From a virus: a stretch of DNA of 64,000 nt. Every line of letters starts with the position of its first letter. Position 1 is the first letter of the stretch. The notes below the pieces were generated by a model. It was not told where the DNA came from, made no database searches, and saw only the letters and a list, made by a program, of their open reading frames with translations. The translations under genes were made by a program, and so were the position numbers. Where the stretch lies: positions 1 to 64,000 of IMG/VR virus record IMGVR_UViG_3300025112_000010; one strand, written 5' to 3'. Shown here in pieces: positions 24,584-34,398 of the stretch.

Positions 24584-26116
24584 TTACTTACGTTTCTTGG
24601 CACCACCTTTGCGTTGCACCAACTGTCGGAGCTGGGTCTGCTCGGAGGAGTCACCCCCGTCAGCCTCGAACTTGTTGATAACGGAACCGGACAGAGCCAT
24701 CTCGTAAGGCATCCCTCGACCGACAGCAGTGCCTGCCGCGAGAAGCATACGAGTCGAGATCGACTTGGACATGTCGCCTTCCTCATGGAGCTTACGTTGC
24801 TCCCCAGCAAGGTCTACGAGCTGGTCTGCGGATGCAGGTTTCAGTCCAGGGCATCGCTTCAGGAGAATGTCCTTTTCCTTATCCCTTGGTGCCCAAGTCA
24901 TGTGGATGTGGAAGTCGAATCGCTCGATCAGAGCAATGTCCAAAGCTTCCGTTCCAGTGTACTCCATCCCGATGTTCGCCGTGGCGAAGAACGAGGTACG
25001 CTCATGCTTGTGGATGACAGGGCAGTTCTCGTCTTCGTCGATGGCGAGGTAGCCTTGGTTGTCCAGGAGAGGCAACAGAATGTTCTGGGCTGCTCCAGTC
25101 TGATCGCGGCTGATTTCGTCCAGGAGAATCATCCCCGGCTTCTGGATCGCTTGGGCGAACCGAGACAGGTTATGGATCGTGCCGTCCACGTTGGCAGTCG
25201 TGTTGCCAATGATCGCACTTCGCGGATCTTGCATGGCACCGAAGTTGACCGCAGTCAGCGGGGGCATTCCACAGAGTCGTGAGACGTAGTAGGCAAGCTC
25301 CGACTTACCGCAACCGGAAGGACCAGTCACTAGGACTCGACAACCATGCAAGGCACAGTAGACAGCCGTTAGCCAGTTCTCCGGAGTGACGAAGAAGGTG
25401 GAAGGGGCGGGTCGTTTTACCGAGGCCCAATCCTCTGGCTTCACCAACTCGTAACTCTCTTCGTCTTGCTGCTCGGTCGTCTCGGCGTAGGTGGCGAAGT
25501 CAACCGCAAGAGTCTCCTCTTCCGAAACAGTCTCCACCACTATCGTGACCTTGGTCACAGGGTCAACCTTCTTACCGGCTTGCTTGACCTGTGTGGACTC
25601 CAACGACTTTGAAGAGTCGCTTGATTTCTCACACTCGGCGTGGATACGAGCAGGGTTGATGTACCGAGGGTTGTCGGGATCGACCTTAACCTTGGGCATG
25701 TTGCCCATCGTCAAGAAGTCCAACAGAGCGGAGGCTCCCAGATCGGGAAGCTCAGGGTGGACAGCGTGAACTACTGCACCTTTGCCCAGCAGCATAATGT
25801 GGGTGAGTGTTTCTTCACCCGTCCACTCGATGGGGGTCTCACTGTCGAAGAGGACAGGAACAGGCTTGCTTCGCGAGCCTTTTTCTTTACGCTCGAAGCC
25901 TTTATCCCAGACCGTTACATCGTCGGTGATGCAGGTGGTATGGCGGCAGACGCTGTCGTCTGCGAAACGGTACTCGGTGCAGTTGCACGAGAGCTTCCCG
26001 TCATCGGCGTTGCGTTCGACAACGGAAGTCGAGCGGACTTTGTTGTCAGTGATTTGGTAGAACTTGAACTTGTTTGCTTCAGTCTGCAGAGCGATGTTGT
26101 AAGTAGTGGTCGCCAT
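24584..26116 (-). CDS. MoxR/CobS-like AAA+ ATPase with an N-terminal SWIM-type zinc finger.
   Basis: Walker A VLVTGPSGCGKS and Walker B MILLDEIS; N-terminal SCNCTEYRF...SVCRHT. Confidence 0.8.
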   Translation of the reverse strand: MATTTYNIALQTEANKFKFYQITDNKVRSTSVVERNADDGKLSCNCTEYRFADDSVCRHTTCITDDVTVWDKGFERKEKGSRSKPVPVLFDSETPIEWTGEETLTHIMLLGKGAVVHAVHPELPDLGASALLDFLTMGNMPKVKVDPDNPRYINPARIHAECEKSSDSSKSLESTQVKQAGKKVDPVTKVTIVVETVSEEETLAVDFATYAETTEQQDEESYELVKPEDWASVKRPAPSTFFVTPENWLTAVYCALHGCRVLVTGPSGCGKSELAYYVSRLCGMPPLTAVNFGAMQDPRSAIIGNTTANVDGTIHNLSRFAQAIQKPGMILLDEISRDQTGAAQNILLPLLDNQGYLAIDEDENCPVIHKHERTSFFATANIGMEYTGTEALDIALIERFDFHIHMTWAPRDKEKDILLKRCPGLKPASADQLVDLAGEQRKLHEEGDMSKSISTRMLLAAGTAVGRGMPYEMALSGSVINKFEADGGDSSEQTQLRQLVQRKGGAKKRK

Positions 26117-26190
26117 GGTAGTTGGTCTCCTGGGTAAAGTGGGGTTCGTTTCCGTCGATGTCTAAAACCTACCAGAGTCGGAAGTTTATG

Positions 26191-26673
26191 TCAAACGGTG
26201 TTTTCAAGATTTCTTGGGTTTGCTTCCAGAAAGATGCCGATAGTGCCTTGTTTCCGGGGTAAAACGACCGTAAAGAATCCAAAAATAACATCCTCGGGTA
26301 CATTCTTTATCGGTATGTGCATGTCAATAAGTTTAGTCCAATCTGCATCTTCTGGGATTGGAGGTGCGTCTGCTGCAATGAAGTCTTCGAGTACAATGTG
26401 GACCGTCTCTAGAATGCACTCCGCGTTTTCGCCGGAGACTCCATCCACAAAAGAACAGTCGCGTTGATCTAGTAGCTTCACATGGGAGCAGACCTTCTTA
26501 TTGAAGAATGCTCGACAGGTGCAGGTCCTGTCTTTGATAACGTGGATGTCTTCGCGGTTAACGATTCCATCTCTTACCTTTAACTTCTCGCAGAGGACTT
26601 TGTCCGACTTCTGTTTGAAAAGGTAGAAAGGTTTGTTGCTTATCTCTGCCACGAGTAGGGCTAAGTCATTCAT
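26191..26673 (-). CDS. SWIM-type zinc-finger protein.
   Basis: CTCRAFFNKKVCSHV; 4-nt overlap with the upstream gene. Confidence 0.5.
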   Translation of the reverse strand: MNDLALLVAEISNKPFYLFKQKSDKVLCEKLKVRDGIVNREDIHVIKDRTCTCRAFFNKKVCSHVKLLDQRDCSFVDGVSGENAECILETVHIVLEDFIAADAPPIPEDADWTKLIDMHIPIKNVPEDVIFGFFTVVLPRKQGTIGIFLEANPRNLENTV

Positions 26674-27038
26674 CTTGCTACTCCCCGCCAATTCCAAAGA
26701 CCCTCAAATCCTACGTTTTTATAAAGTCTCTTGTATGGAATTAGAATTAGAACTTCCTCTGTACGTTGGGGGAACCAAGGTCCAGGTTTCTGCTCTTGGT
26801 AATCCCTAATCGTCTTGGCAACGTGGGTTTCCCCCCAACGAAGATGTTCGGGGGACGTTGCTTGTGAGCCTTGGAAGAAACCTCTGCCCTGCTTTGCATA
26901 CTTGACAAAGACGAAGGACTCATTCCAGGAGGAGATACTTCCGCTCTGGGGCTCGGGGTGTTTTTTAGTAGGAGGGATGTAATACACCTTCCTCCCTACG
27001 TCTGTGTAGTTCAACTCCTTTCCCTCGATCTCTATCAC
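26670..27038 (-). CDS. Hypothetical protein (122 aa).
   Basis: ORF track. Confidence 0.5.
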   Translation of the reverse strand: MIEIEGKELNYTDVGRKVYYIPPTKKHPEPQSGSISSWNESFVFVKYAKQGRGFFQGSQATSPEHLRWGETHVAKTIRDYQEQKPGPWFPQRTEEVLILIPYKRLYKNVGFEGLWNWRGVAR

Positions 27039-27426
27039 AATGGTCTCCTAGAAAATGACCCTGCAGCCGAGGGGATTAGCCAAGGCTGCAGAGTCGCAAC
27101 ACAAACAAAACAACGAGAAACAGTAAGACCTCTTCTCAGATCCTACCCAAGTCGAAAGTGAAGGGCTTGCACCTCCGCGAGATGGGGCTCCCACCTGCTG
27201 CCTGTGACGATCCTCACCGGATTGGACCTTCCACAACTCTCGATGACTACTCTCGACCTTTCGGGTTCCACCTCGGGACTTAGCGAGAGTATCGTTGGAG
27301 GCTACTCACTTTTTAATGTTCTCCTTATTCAGATGTGAAAGAAACAGGGGCCGATTCGGGAGGTCCTACAAGCCTCGTCAGGTTGCGGTATCACCCCAGG
27401 TTACGTTTCCTGTGCCCCGTGAAAGT

Positions 27427-28338
27427 TTACTCGACAGAGGCAGTCTCGGCTGCGTTGTCAAGTTCCTGGATCTTCTTGATGTGATCCTGGGTTTCCTGGG
27501 TGTTGACCACTTCCAACTTGCAGTTGTAGGCAGTCTCGACCATGGCGATGGCTTGATCCAATCGCTGGAAGTAACCGGTTGAGCCACCTCCCGCTCCAGA
27601 GAGGAAGTCCGCAGCAAGCATGTTCAGTTGCTCGCCTGGGGCATCGCTCGCACAGATCGTACCAGCTTCGTCAAGAGCCTGCTTGACCGTCTCAGCAATG
27701 GACTGGGAGACGATAAAGGACATCTTGATTGGCTTGTCGTCCAACCCCGTCTCGGGGACGGTGACAGGATCTGGCTTTGCCAACTCTTCGACAGCCTCTT
27801 CGGGCTCAAGATCGTCTCGTCGCATCGCACGAACCATCGCACGAATGTCCAAGATAATCATGTTCTTCGTGATGTCCAGCAGGGACATGACGTTGGTCTG
27901 ATCGACGACCGGGAGCAGCTCCTTGGCAATCGTCCAGCGTAGCTCGCGGAGAGCTTCGAGGGGGATCGTCAAGTCGATGACGAACTTCTTATAGATCTGG
28001 GCGAGCAGATTCGCCTTGGTCGATTTGATCTTGAGTTCACGCTCGGCGTAATCCTCAAAGTTCTTGTAGCTGTCGCCAGCTTCGTCTTGCCAGTCCTTCC
28101 AGTAGCCGTTGTTGCGGCACTCATAGAGGGTCTCAGCCAGAACCATCTGGAGCTTGTCGCTTCCAGCTTGGGCAGCGGTTGAGATCTGACGGAAGGTATC
28201 CCGTCGCTCTTCGGGGGTCATGTCTTCCCGAATCATCGGGCAGAACACAGTGGATGTTTCGTCCCAAATACCCATCGCAGTCGTCTCGACCGTGACTAGC
28301 TCTGTGGACTCAACATCGGGGGTAGCATCTTGACTCAT
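27427..28338 (-). CDS. Hypothetical protein (303 aa).
   Basis: ORF track; RBS AGGAGG. Confidence 0.55.
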   Translation of the reverse strand: MSQDATPDVESTELVTVETTAMGIWDETSTVFCPMIREDMTPEERRDTFRQISTAAQAGSDKLQMVLAETLYECRNNGYWKDWQDEAGDSYKNFEDYAERELKIKSTKANLLAQIYKKFVIDLTIPLEALRELRWTIAKELLPVVDQTNVMSLLDITKNMIILDIRAMVRAMRRDDLEPEEAVEELAKPDPVTVPETGLDDKPIKMSFIVSQSIAETVKQALDEAGTICASDAPGEQLNMLAADFLSGAGGGSTGYFQRLDQAIAMVETAYNCKLEVVNTQETQDHIKKIQELDNAAETASVE

Positions 28339-28362
28339 GGTAGCCTCCTGGTAAATGTGGGC

Positions 28363-28385
28363 TCTCCTAACATTAGGAGAAGAGT
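28363..28385. promoter_or_regulatory. CTCTCCTAACATTAGGAGAAGAG palindromic hairpin motif.
   Basis: Read directly; about 25 nt upstream of the RBS of 27427..28338. Confidence 0.45.
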
Positions 28386-28442
28386 GGTAATCTTTCCGGG
28401 TATGGCACTAATCTAACAAGGTTCTCGGCGGACGTCAACCCC

Positions 28443-28940
28443 TTACTTGAATATTTCTTTTATTTCGTCTATCCGCACTGCGATGAATCCGGGTTTGCCC
28501 TTTCTCCACCGTATTTTACGGCACTGAAGCTCTACAACTTGACTATCGTCATTCCAGATTATTTCCTTTAACGAATCCAGAACGGGTTTTGTCAAATTGT
28601 CCAGATCGGTCTTCTTATCGCAGAAAGTCCAGGAAAAGGGAGGCTTGGCTGAAAGAGGGAAAGGAAAGCAGAAAACGATCCGCACCCGCACCAAGCCAGA
28701 GAGGTTCCGCTCCCCTGGCATGGAGTCCTCAAACTTCTCGCAGAGGTCCCGGATGTACTTCTTCTTTTTGGGATCTGTGTAGGCTCCTCCCCTGCCGATT
28801 CGCACCGACTGTTTTGCCTGGGGAGTCTCCTCGGCATAGAGGTAGTGGCGTTCCAAGACTTCGTAGTCTTTATGCCAGTTGTCAAGCATGTCGAGTGGTA
28901 GCATTAAACCTCTTCCTTTCTTGTTACATAAGTCCAACAA
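28443..28940 (-). CDS. rusA: RusA-family Holliday junction resolvase.
   Basis: DLDNLTKPVLDSLKEIIWNDDSQV signature. Confidence 0.7.
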   Translation of the reverse strand: MLDLCNKKGRGLMLPLDMLDNWHKDYEVLERHYLYAEETPQAKQSVRIGRGGAYTDPKKKKYIRDLCEKFEDSMPGERNLSGLVRVRIVFCFPFPLSAKPPFSWTFCDKKTDLDNLTKPVLDSLKEIIWNDDSQVVELQCRKIRWRKGKPGFIAVRIDEIKEIFK

Positions 28941-29052
28941 GTTTCGTTGTGACTATACAGAAACTTGGAAGGCACTAATGTGACGTTTGACCACCGCAGA
29001 ATACCCAAATTTCTTTTCAAACTGTTAAAAAGCTTCTTATAGGCTTCGTCTG

Positions 29053-30060
29053 TTAAGGGAGTTCGTGTAGCCATGGGAGGTCCGGATTATTAGTCTGCTG
29101 TTCGATTGTCCAATCCCGAAATTGACCTGCTGCATACTTGTTGAAACAGGGTCCGCACTGCGGGCACTTCTTCGCTCTGTTGTCCGAGGCAGAGGTGCAG
29201 GACGCACCTGACACAGGGAGTGTTCTAGTCTTGATCGCGTCCCAGATAAGATCGCACTTTCCTTTGACGATGTTCCAGTAGGAAGGGTCCCTCTCATAGA
29301 GGATTGACTTCATCGTCATCTTGTCCCGGTTTAGGAAAAGGAAGACGGTCTTTCGGTTCCCTGTCACCTTCTGGTAGGTGGCGGCTTGCATCTTGTGACC
29401 ATCGGTCAAAGAGCTAACGTCGGTCAATGAGGAGTAGGTGTGATCGTTCGTTGTTTTGATTTCAAGGTCGGCCTCGTCCCCTGGATCAATATCCCAGATC
29501 TGCTCAAAAAAGCTGTGGGGGTTCTTCCGCACTTTGTAAAGATTATCAGAGAGGAATTTCAATCGGTCGAGCGAAACAATTCCATCACCCTTGCCTGAGA
29601 GTCTCTCTTCTTCGAGGTAAAACTTAGTCTCCACAAACCTCCAAGGTTTGGTCTCCCGACTTGCGTATTGAGAGACTGCAGCTACTGCGTCTGGATGGTA
29701 ACCTTCAACGAGTTGGTTAGTGACGGTGTGCTGCCACATACCCTTTAACACGCCCATCGGTCCCAGGATGTGGTCCTGGAAGAACTCGTGCATGAATGTG
29801 CCGCTGTCCATCATCAGCATGTTCTTGAACTCGGGTGGGCTTGAGAACTGGGGGTTCCAGTAGTTGAGTACAAACTCCCGAGGGCAGACGTAACCAATCC
29901 CCGAGGGGTAAAGTCGGTCTCGCGTTCCGATCCTGCCGGGGAACACCTTAGAGAATGCGCGAATAGCATTGGGGAAGTTCGTGTAGATCTTAGGGTTCCG
30001 AAGTTCCTGTAGATCGGCTTTCATCTTATCTGCGGCTTTAAGTGAATCAAGGATTCCCAT
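29053..30060 (-). CDS. PD-(D/E)XK nuclease with a Cys cluster (Cas4/RecB-like exonuclease).
   Basis: GDGIVSLD, EIKT (ExK) and QAATY (QxxxY) motifs; Cys at the N-terminus plus CPQCGPC at the C-terminus. Confidence 0.55.
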   Translation of the reverse strand: MGILDSLKAADKMKADLQELRNPKIYTNFPNAIRAFSKVFPGRIGTRDRLYPSGIGYVCPREFVLNYWNPQFSSPPEFKNMLMMDSGTFMHEFFQDHILGPMGVLKGMWQHTVTNQLVEGYHPDAVAAVSQYASRETKPWRFVETKFYLEEERLSGKGDGIVSLDRLKFLSDNLYKVRKNPHSFFEQIWDIDPGDEADLEIKTTNDHTYSSLTDVSSLTDGHKMQAATYQKVTGNRKTVFLFLNRDKMTMKSILYERDPSYWNIVKGKCDLIWDAIKTRTLPVSGASCTSASDNRAKKCPQCGPCFNKYAAGQFRDWTIEQQTNNPDLPWLHELP

Positions 30061-30451
30061 TTAGTTTTTTCGCCTTTCTAAGTTTTCTAAGCTCTCGTCT
30101 ATACTCTTTGGGTAAGTGCTCTCTTTCGAGGATCTCAGGATCAAATTGAGTCCAAGAATGTCTTACATATTTGGTTCGGACTCTTCGGAGAAGATCGCCA
30201 TCCCTCCAGATTGACTCATAACTTCCAGTCTTAAAATTGTAGTTTGGGATCTGGTTTCTATCTTTCAAAAGTCTCCAGGCCACTACCTGATAGCGATTTG
30301 TGGAGAGTGACCAGTTGTAAAAGATTACCTGGGCAAATACCAACTTCCCAGCATCGTCATAGAAGTGATTTATCTCCGTCAAGTCTACTGTATCGCGAAG
30401 GGCTCCAGCATCGTTTAAAGTCAGGGCTGTAAGGAATAGTAGTGCAACCAT
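30047..30451 (-). CDS. Hypothetical protein with a hydrophobic N-terminus.
   Basis: ORF track. Confidence 0.45.
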   Translation of the reverse strand: MVALLFLTALTLNDAGALRDTVDLTEINHFYDDAGKLVFAQVIFYNWSLSTNRYQVVAWRLLKDRNQIPNYNFKTGSYESIWRDGDLLRRVRTKYVRHSWTQFDPEILEREHLPKEYRRELRKLRKAKKLNGNP

Positions 30452-30738
30452 GCGTCGTACTTATGTCGTTACATATAACCAGTAAAAATCTGTGTAAATC
30501 TTTGCGTCCGCATACAGAATCTTTACTGGTACTATACTGTGTTCAAGAGGTAAAGGATTCCTTAAATTATACCACCTTCTCCAGTATTGTTTACAGTTAT
30601 TTGTTCGTCTCATTCTTTCGATGGACGTAGGCCCATTTCAAGCTAGGGAGTATTAGGTAGACTTGATAGAGTCTCTTGAAGGGGACTACAATCGTAGTGG
30701 TGTCTGACTGCATCTGCCGCCACTCGTAGTAGTATTCA

Positions 30739-30900
30739 CTATTCATCACCGCTCCACCAGATTTTAAAACGAAGCCATTTAACCTGCCTCCACCTACGGA
30801 AGCGAACACTCCATTTCTTTTCGTGCTTCTCGTAGTAGACAGCAAACTCAGGGTCTAGGTCTTTGACCATCTCCAGAACACTATTGTACTTCTTACCCAT
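30739..30900 (-). CDS. Hypothetical small basic protein.
   Basis: ORF track trimmed to MGKKYNS. Confidence 0.3.
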   Translation of the reverse strand: MGKKYNSVLEMVKDLDPEFAVYYEKHEKKWSVRFRRWRQVKWLRFKIWWSGDE

Positions 30901-31249
30901 CACCGAATAACTCCGCGAACTTATCAAAGGGAATGCACACCCACTGCTGCGGAACAGTGTGGGCATGCTTTGCAAATGTGAAAACAAAGGCGGGGTCTTT
31001 GCTCTCCTGGCTTGCCTCCCTGCAGATCTTTACGAAGTCGGAAGCATTAAGTGTCAGACGATCCCCGAGGGTCTCTTTGGAATCCAAAACGAAGTCGTCT
31101 ATCTGGACGTCTCCCTTCTTATCTCCCGCTCCTGACATAGGCACCCGCTTACCTCCCAGGTCATCAGCTATCTGCTGCTCCGTCTGGAGTGTCTGGGCTT
31201 TGACACTCTGGCGTCTCTTCTTGCTCCCCATTTGCGACTCTGCCATCAA
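30893..31249 (-). CDS. Hypothetical protein; possible small PD-(D/E)XK nuclease.
   Basis: GDVQIDDFVLDSK pattern; RBS GGAGGAG. Confidence 0.4.
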   Translation of the reverse strand: MMAESQMGSKKRRQSVKAQTLQTEQQIADDLGGKRVPMSGAGDKKGDVQIDDFVLDSKETLGDRLTLNASDFVKICREASQESKDPAFVFTFAKHAHTVPQQWVCIPFDKFAELFGDG

Positions 31250-31341
31250 GCTCCTCCATCTTTTTTAAAAACCTGTCAGCCGCTTTGTCAGCGACATCTG
31301 CCGTAAAGGTGCGTCTCTCTTAAACCTGTCTGCATAATCCT

Positions 31342-31357
31342 CTCCTATTATTAGGCG
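31342..31357. promoter_or_regulatory. CTCCTATTATTAGGCG palindromic motif.
   Basis: Read directly. Confidence 0.45.
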
Positions 31358-31358
31358 A

Positions 31359-32438
31359 CTACCAAGGATCGGCTCCAAATGCCATTATCACATCCCGCCA
31401 TACTCGACGCATGAAATCGGGATCGGCTTCTAGCTTATCAATGAAGTCTCGCTTGATCCTGAAGTTGGTGCTTCCATAGTTCCAACCTGACTTCGGGTCT
31501 TTCGTAAGCATACCATGATCCGCGCAGAGTTTCACGATAACGGCAGCGTTGTTCACTTTGCCTTTGTCGTCACCCTTCAAGGACATGGTGAAGGTGTGGG
31601 TACACTTCGGTGTGAAAGTCTTGTTCTTATTCATCACACCACCGTAGATACCCTCCCCAAATTCAGTTTTGGAATCGTCCTGGACTTGGGCAGGTTTGCA
31701 GTATTCGATGATAGCTGCGGCGAACCTTTGCCCCTTTCCGTTTGGCAAGGTACGGTTGTCTCCGTACATAATCCCCAGCTTTTCCCGGAACTGATTTAGT
31801 GCGAGGACACAGGGTCCGCTAACACCGTCTTGGGTTGCCTTTGCGAGAGCAGCATTCCACTTGCGCATGGCTTTGTTGGTCAGTCGGGCACCGAGGCCCA
31901 TCTGCCAATCTTCGCTCGAACTTTCGTACTCTTTGTCAGGAGTCATCGCGGCGATTGAATCGACGATGATCAAATCGAACACCCTCTGCTCAATCGCTTT
32001 GGTGACTAGGTCTACCGTTTGCTCTGCCGAAGCAGGTACAGCAATCGAGTAGTTCTCCATGGCCCAACCGTTGAGTACAGCCCAGTCTTCATCAAAGCTA
32101 TTCTCCACGTCCACGAACAAGGCAGTCCCTGGAGTGAACTCCGTAAGATCCTTGAAGTGTGACTTGTGGACGTGCGTAGCTTTGTCGTATTCCTTGACTT
32201 GCTCTGCGGCTTTCAAGCAGCGAAGAGTTTTACCACTGGACTCGGCTCCCGCGATGATGTTGATCCTAGAAAAGGGCCAACCTCCTCCCGTTGCTCCGTC
32301 CAGCCCAACGAACCCCGTACACAGTCGTCGAAGGTTTCGGTTGGCTCCGGGAGATTGGATAATCCCGGCACCGAAACCATCGTTGACTGACGCACGAAAC
32401 TCGTCGAACGTCATCAAAGGTTTTTCTTTCTTTGCCAC
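31359..32438 (-). CDS. RecA-like recombinase (RecA/UvsX family).
   Basis: GLDGATGGGWPFSRINIIAGAESSGKT matches the RecA P-loop region. Confidence 0.75.
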   Translation of the reverse strand: MAKKEKPLMTFDEFRASVNDGFGAGIIQSPGANRNLRRLCTGFVGLDGATGGGWPFSRINIIAGAESSGKTLRCLKAAEQVKEYDKATHVHKSHFKDLTEFTPGTALFVDVENSFDEDWAVLNGWAMENYSIAVPASAEQTVDLVTKAIEQRVFDLIIVDSIAAMTPDKEYESSSEDWQMGLGARLTNKAMRKWNAALAKATQDGVSGPCVLALNQFREKLGIMYGDNRTLPNGKGQRFAAAIIEYCKPAQVQDDSKTEFGEGIYGGVMNKNKTFTPKCTHTFTMSLKGDDKGKVNNAAVIVKLCADHGMLTKDPKSGWNYGSTNFRIKRDFIDKLEADPDFMRRVWRDVIMAFGADPW

Positions 32439-32776
32439 TAGGCGCTCGCTTTGTCTTGACGGAATTGCTTACATGCTGAAACCTCTGTGCCCATCTTGTC
32501 ATCGACAAAGGCTTTTGCAGCAACGTAAGCAGGGGATAGTTCTTCGACTGGGGTGGGAAGTTCTACTTCCACCGAGATCTGGACAGACTCATAGTTCCCA
32601 AGGTTGATCGTCATTCGGGAACCCGCTCGAACCTTTGCAAGAGGTACACCAGGATAGGTCTTGACTTCGATGACTTCGACGTCCGTATCTTCCGTCGTAA
32701 CGACTGCACCTTCCTTATACGTGCGGGAGATTTCTAAGAGACCTTCGGAGGTTCCTTTGTCAGTAGTTTTTTTAGC
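32438..32776 (-). CDS. Hypothetical protein.
   Basis: ORF track trimmed to MAKKTTDKG. Confidence 0.5.
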   Translation of the reverse strand, partial: AKKTTDKGTSEGLLEISRTYKEGAVVTTEDTDVEVIEVKTYPGVPLAKVRAGSRMTINLGNYESVQISVEVELPTPVEELSPAYVAAKAFVDDKMGTEVSACKQFRQDKASA

Positions 32777-34100
32777 CATTAGCTTGGTCCTTAAAGTTCT
32801 GGGAGTTATAGAAACGAAGACGCTTGTTTCCAAGTGCTTTCATGTAGCGAGTATTCCAAACAGGATCGATAATCAGGAGGTTCTTTTTTCCTGAGTCTTT
32901 ACGTTGGATTCGTCCAACCACCTGTTCGATGTCCCCGGCGGGTGTTGCCAGGAATAGTGTATCAAGTGAGGGGATGTCTGTCCCCTCTGCCATCTTGTTA
33001 AACGTGGCGAGTACGATCTTCTTCGACTTGGACTCTTCCAGCTCTGCGGCCTTGACCGTTCGGCCTTCGACCTTCCCGGCATAGTAGCCTACGTCGGTGA
33101 AGCCTTGGGCCTCTAGCATCTTCCGGATGGTTGCGAGCTGCTCCGTTCGGTGGGAGCAGACAAGGGTGTGTCTTCCTGCACTTGCGGAAGTCAAAATCTG
33201 GGAGACCAGCCAGTAGGTGTACGCTTCATCCTCTGAGATCGACGTGACCCACTTCGAGTGGTTGATTCCACCACCGTGGAGCTTGAACTGGGAATCCCGG
33301 AAACGAGTCTGCCAAGGGATCTGCACATACTCAGCCGGGAGGCTCTTCACCTTGGTCGTGTGGACGACCGGTCCAATGTGGTGGGTCCAGACTTCGTCCA
33401 TCCCATCCTTGCGTCGGAATGTGGCAGAGACTCCTAGCCTGTATCTCGCGCAGGGGGACGATAGAGCTATGCTGAAGGTCTTCGCGGGGAATCTGTGACA
33501 TTCATCATAGATAACCATCCCGAACGTCTCCCAGAAGCCCACAGGGATGCTCTCGCGGCGAGCCCAGAGGGTCTGCGCGGAGGCTGTGACCATGTGGTGT
33601 CCTCGGTAATCCCACTCGTCTTGGCAGACGTTCCCGATACTCGCTCCAAAGAACTGCTCGGCTGTGTCCTTCCACTGCTGGGCGAGATCCGTCTTGGGAA
33701 CCACAACCAGGGTGGGGGTGTGAAGTTTAGAAGCAATGGCAGTACCCATCACGGTCTTCCCAGAGCCGCATTTGGCCTCTAGTAGCCCTCCATAACATCC
33801 TATTCGGAAATGCGACAGGAGGCTCTTTACGGACTGCTCCTGGCCTTCTCGCCACGATCCCTTGAACTGCGGCCAGACTCGGGGACGGTTGAGGGTCATA
33901 TCCCGGAGTTTCAGGTCCAATTCTCGGGCGTAGGCCCACTCGCGGGGAACACCAATCAAGCCTGGACGAGATTCGTCGAAGAGTTCAATCTCTTCGTTGG
34001 TCCCTTCAGGCATGAGGGTGAGTCTCCGCTTGATCCGCTTCAAAGGGAGTCCCTCTTTAGCAAGCCAGAGCATTCGGTCGTAGTCGGCTTTGATTGTCAT
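32772..34100 (-). CDS. Superfamily 2 DNA helicase (DEAD/DEAH-like).
   Basis: Motif I AKCGSGKT, motif II VIYDECHRF, motif III SAT. Confidence 0.75.
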   Translation of the reverse strand: MTIKADYDRMLWLAKEGLPLKRIKRRLTLMPEGTNEEIELFDESRPGLIGVPREWAYARELDLKLRDMTLNRPRVWPQFKGSWREGQEQSVKSLLSHFRIGCYGGLLEAKCGSGKTVMGTAIASKLHTPTLVVVPKTDLAQQWKDTAEQFFGASIGNVCQDEWDYRGHHMVTASAQTLWARRESIPVGFWETFGMVIYDECHRFPAKTFSIALSSPCARYRLGVSATFRRKDGMDEVWTHHIGPVVHTTKVKSLPAEYVQIPWQTRFRDSQFKLHGGGINHSKWVTSISEDEAYTYWLVSQILTSASAGRHTLVCSHRTEQLATIRKMLEAQGFTDVGYYAGKVEGRTVKAAELEESKSKKIVLATFNKMAEGTDIPSLDTLFLATPAGDIEQVVGRIQRKDSGKKNLLIIDPVWNTRYMKALGNKRLRFYNSQNFKDQANG

Positions 34101-34245
34101 AGTTTACTAGGTCTTCCTGCGGATATGTATTGCCAAGCAGAAGAGTCCCGGCTGTACAAATTCTTAAAGGGGAGCAGGAGCCAACCTCTAGGGGCACAGC
34201 TCTCTCGGCCTAACGTCCAACGTCTATGATAGAGACTCTCAGAAA

Positions 34246-34398
34246 TCATTCTAGCACCCAGAGGTGGTGGTCATCGGGAACAAACGTAATTGCAAATTCT
34301 CCACTAACAGAGCCTGTAGCTCTTACGAGCCAACCTTCGGGAACCCACATTCTATACGTGGAGGCTGTGACTGCCTCCCACTTGCATTTGTTAGCCAT
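34246..34398 (-). CDS. Unlisted small ORF (50 aa, MANKCKWEAV...).
   Basis: Manual translation; its ATG overlaps the MTase stop. Confidence 0.3.
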   Translation of the reverse strand: MANKCKWEAVTASTYRMWVPEGWLVRATGSVSGEFAITFVPDDHHLWVLE

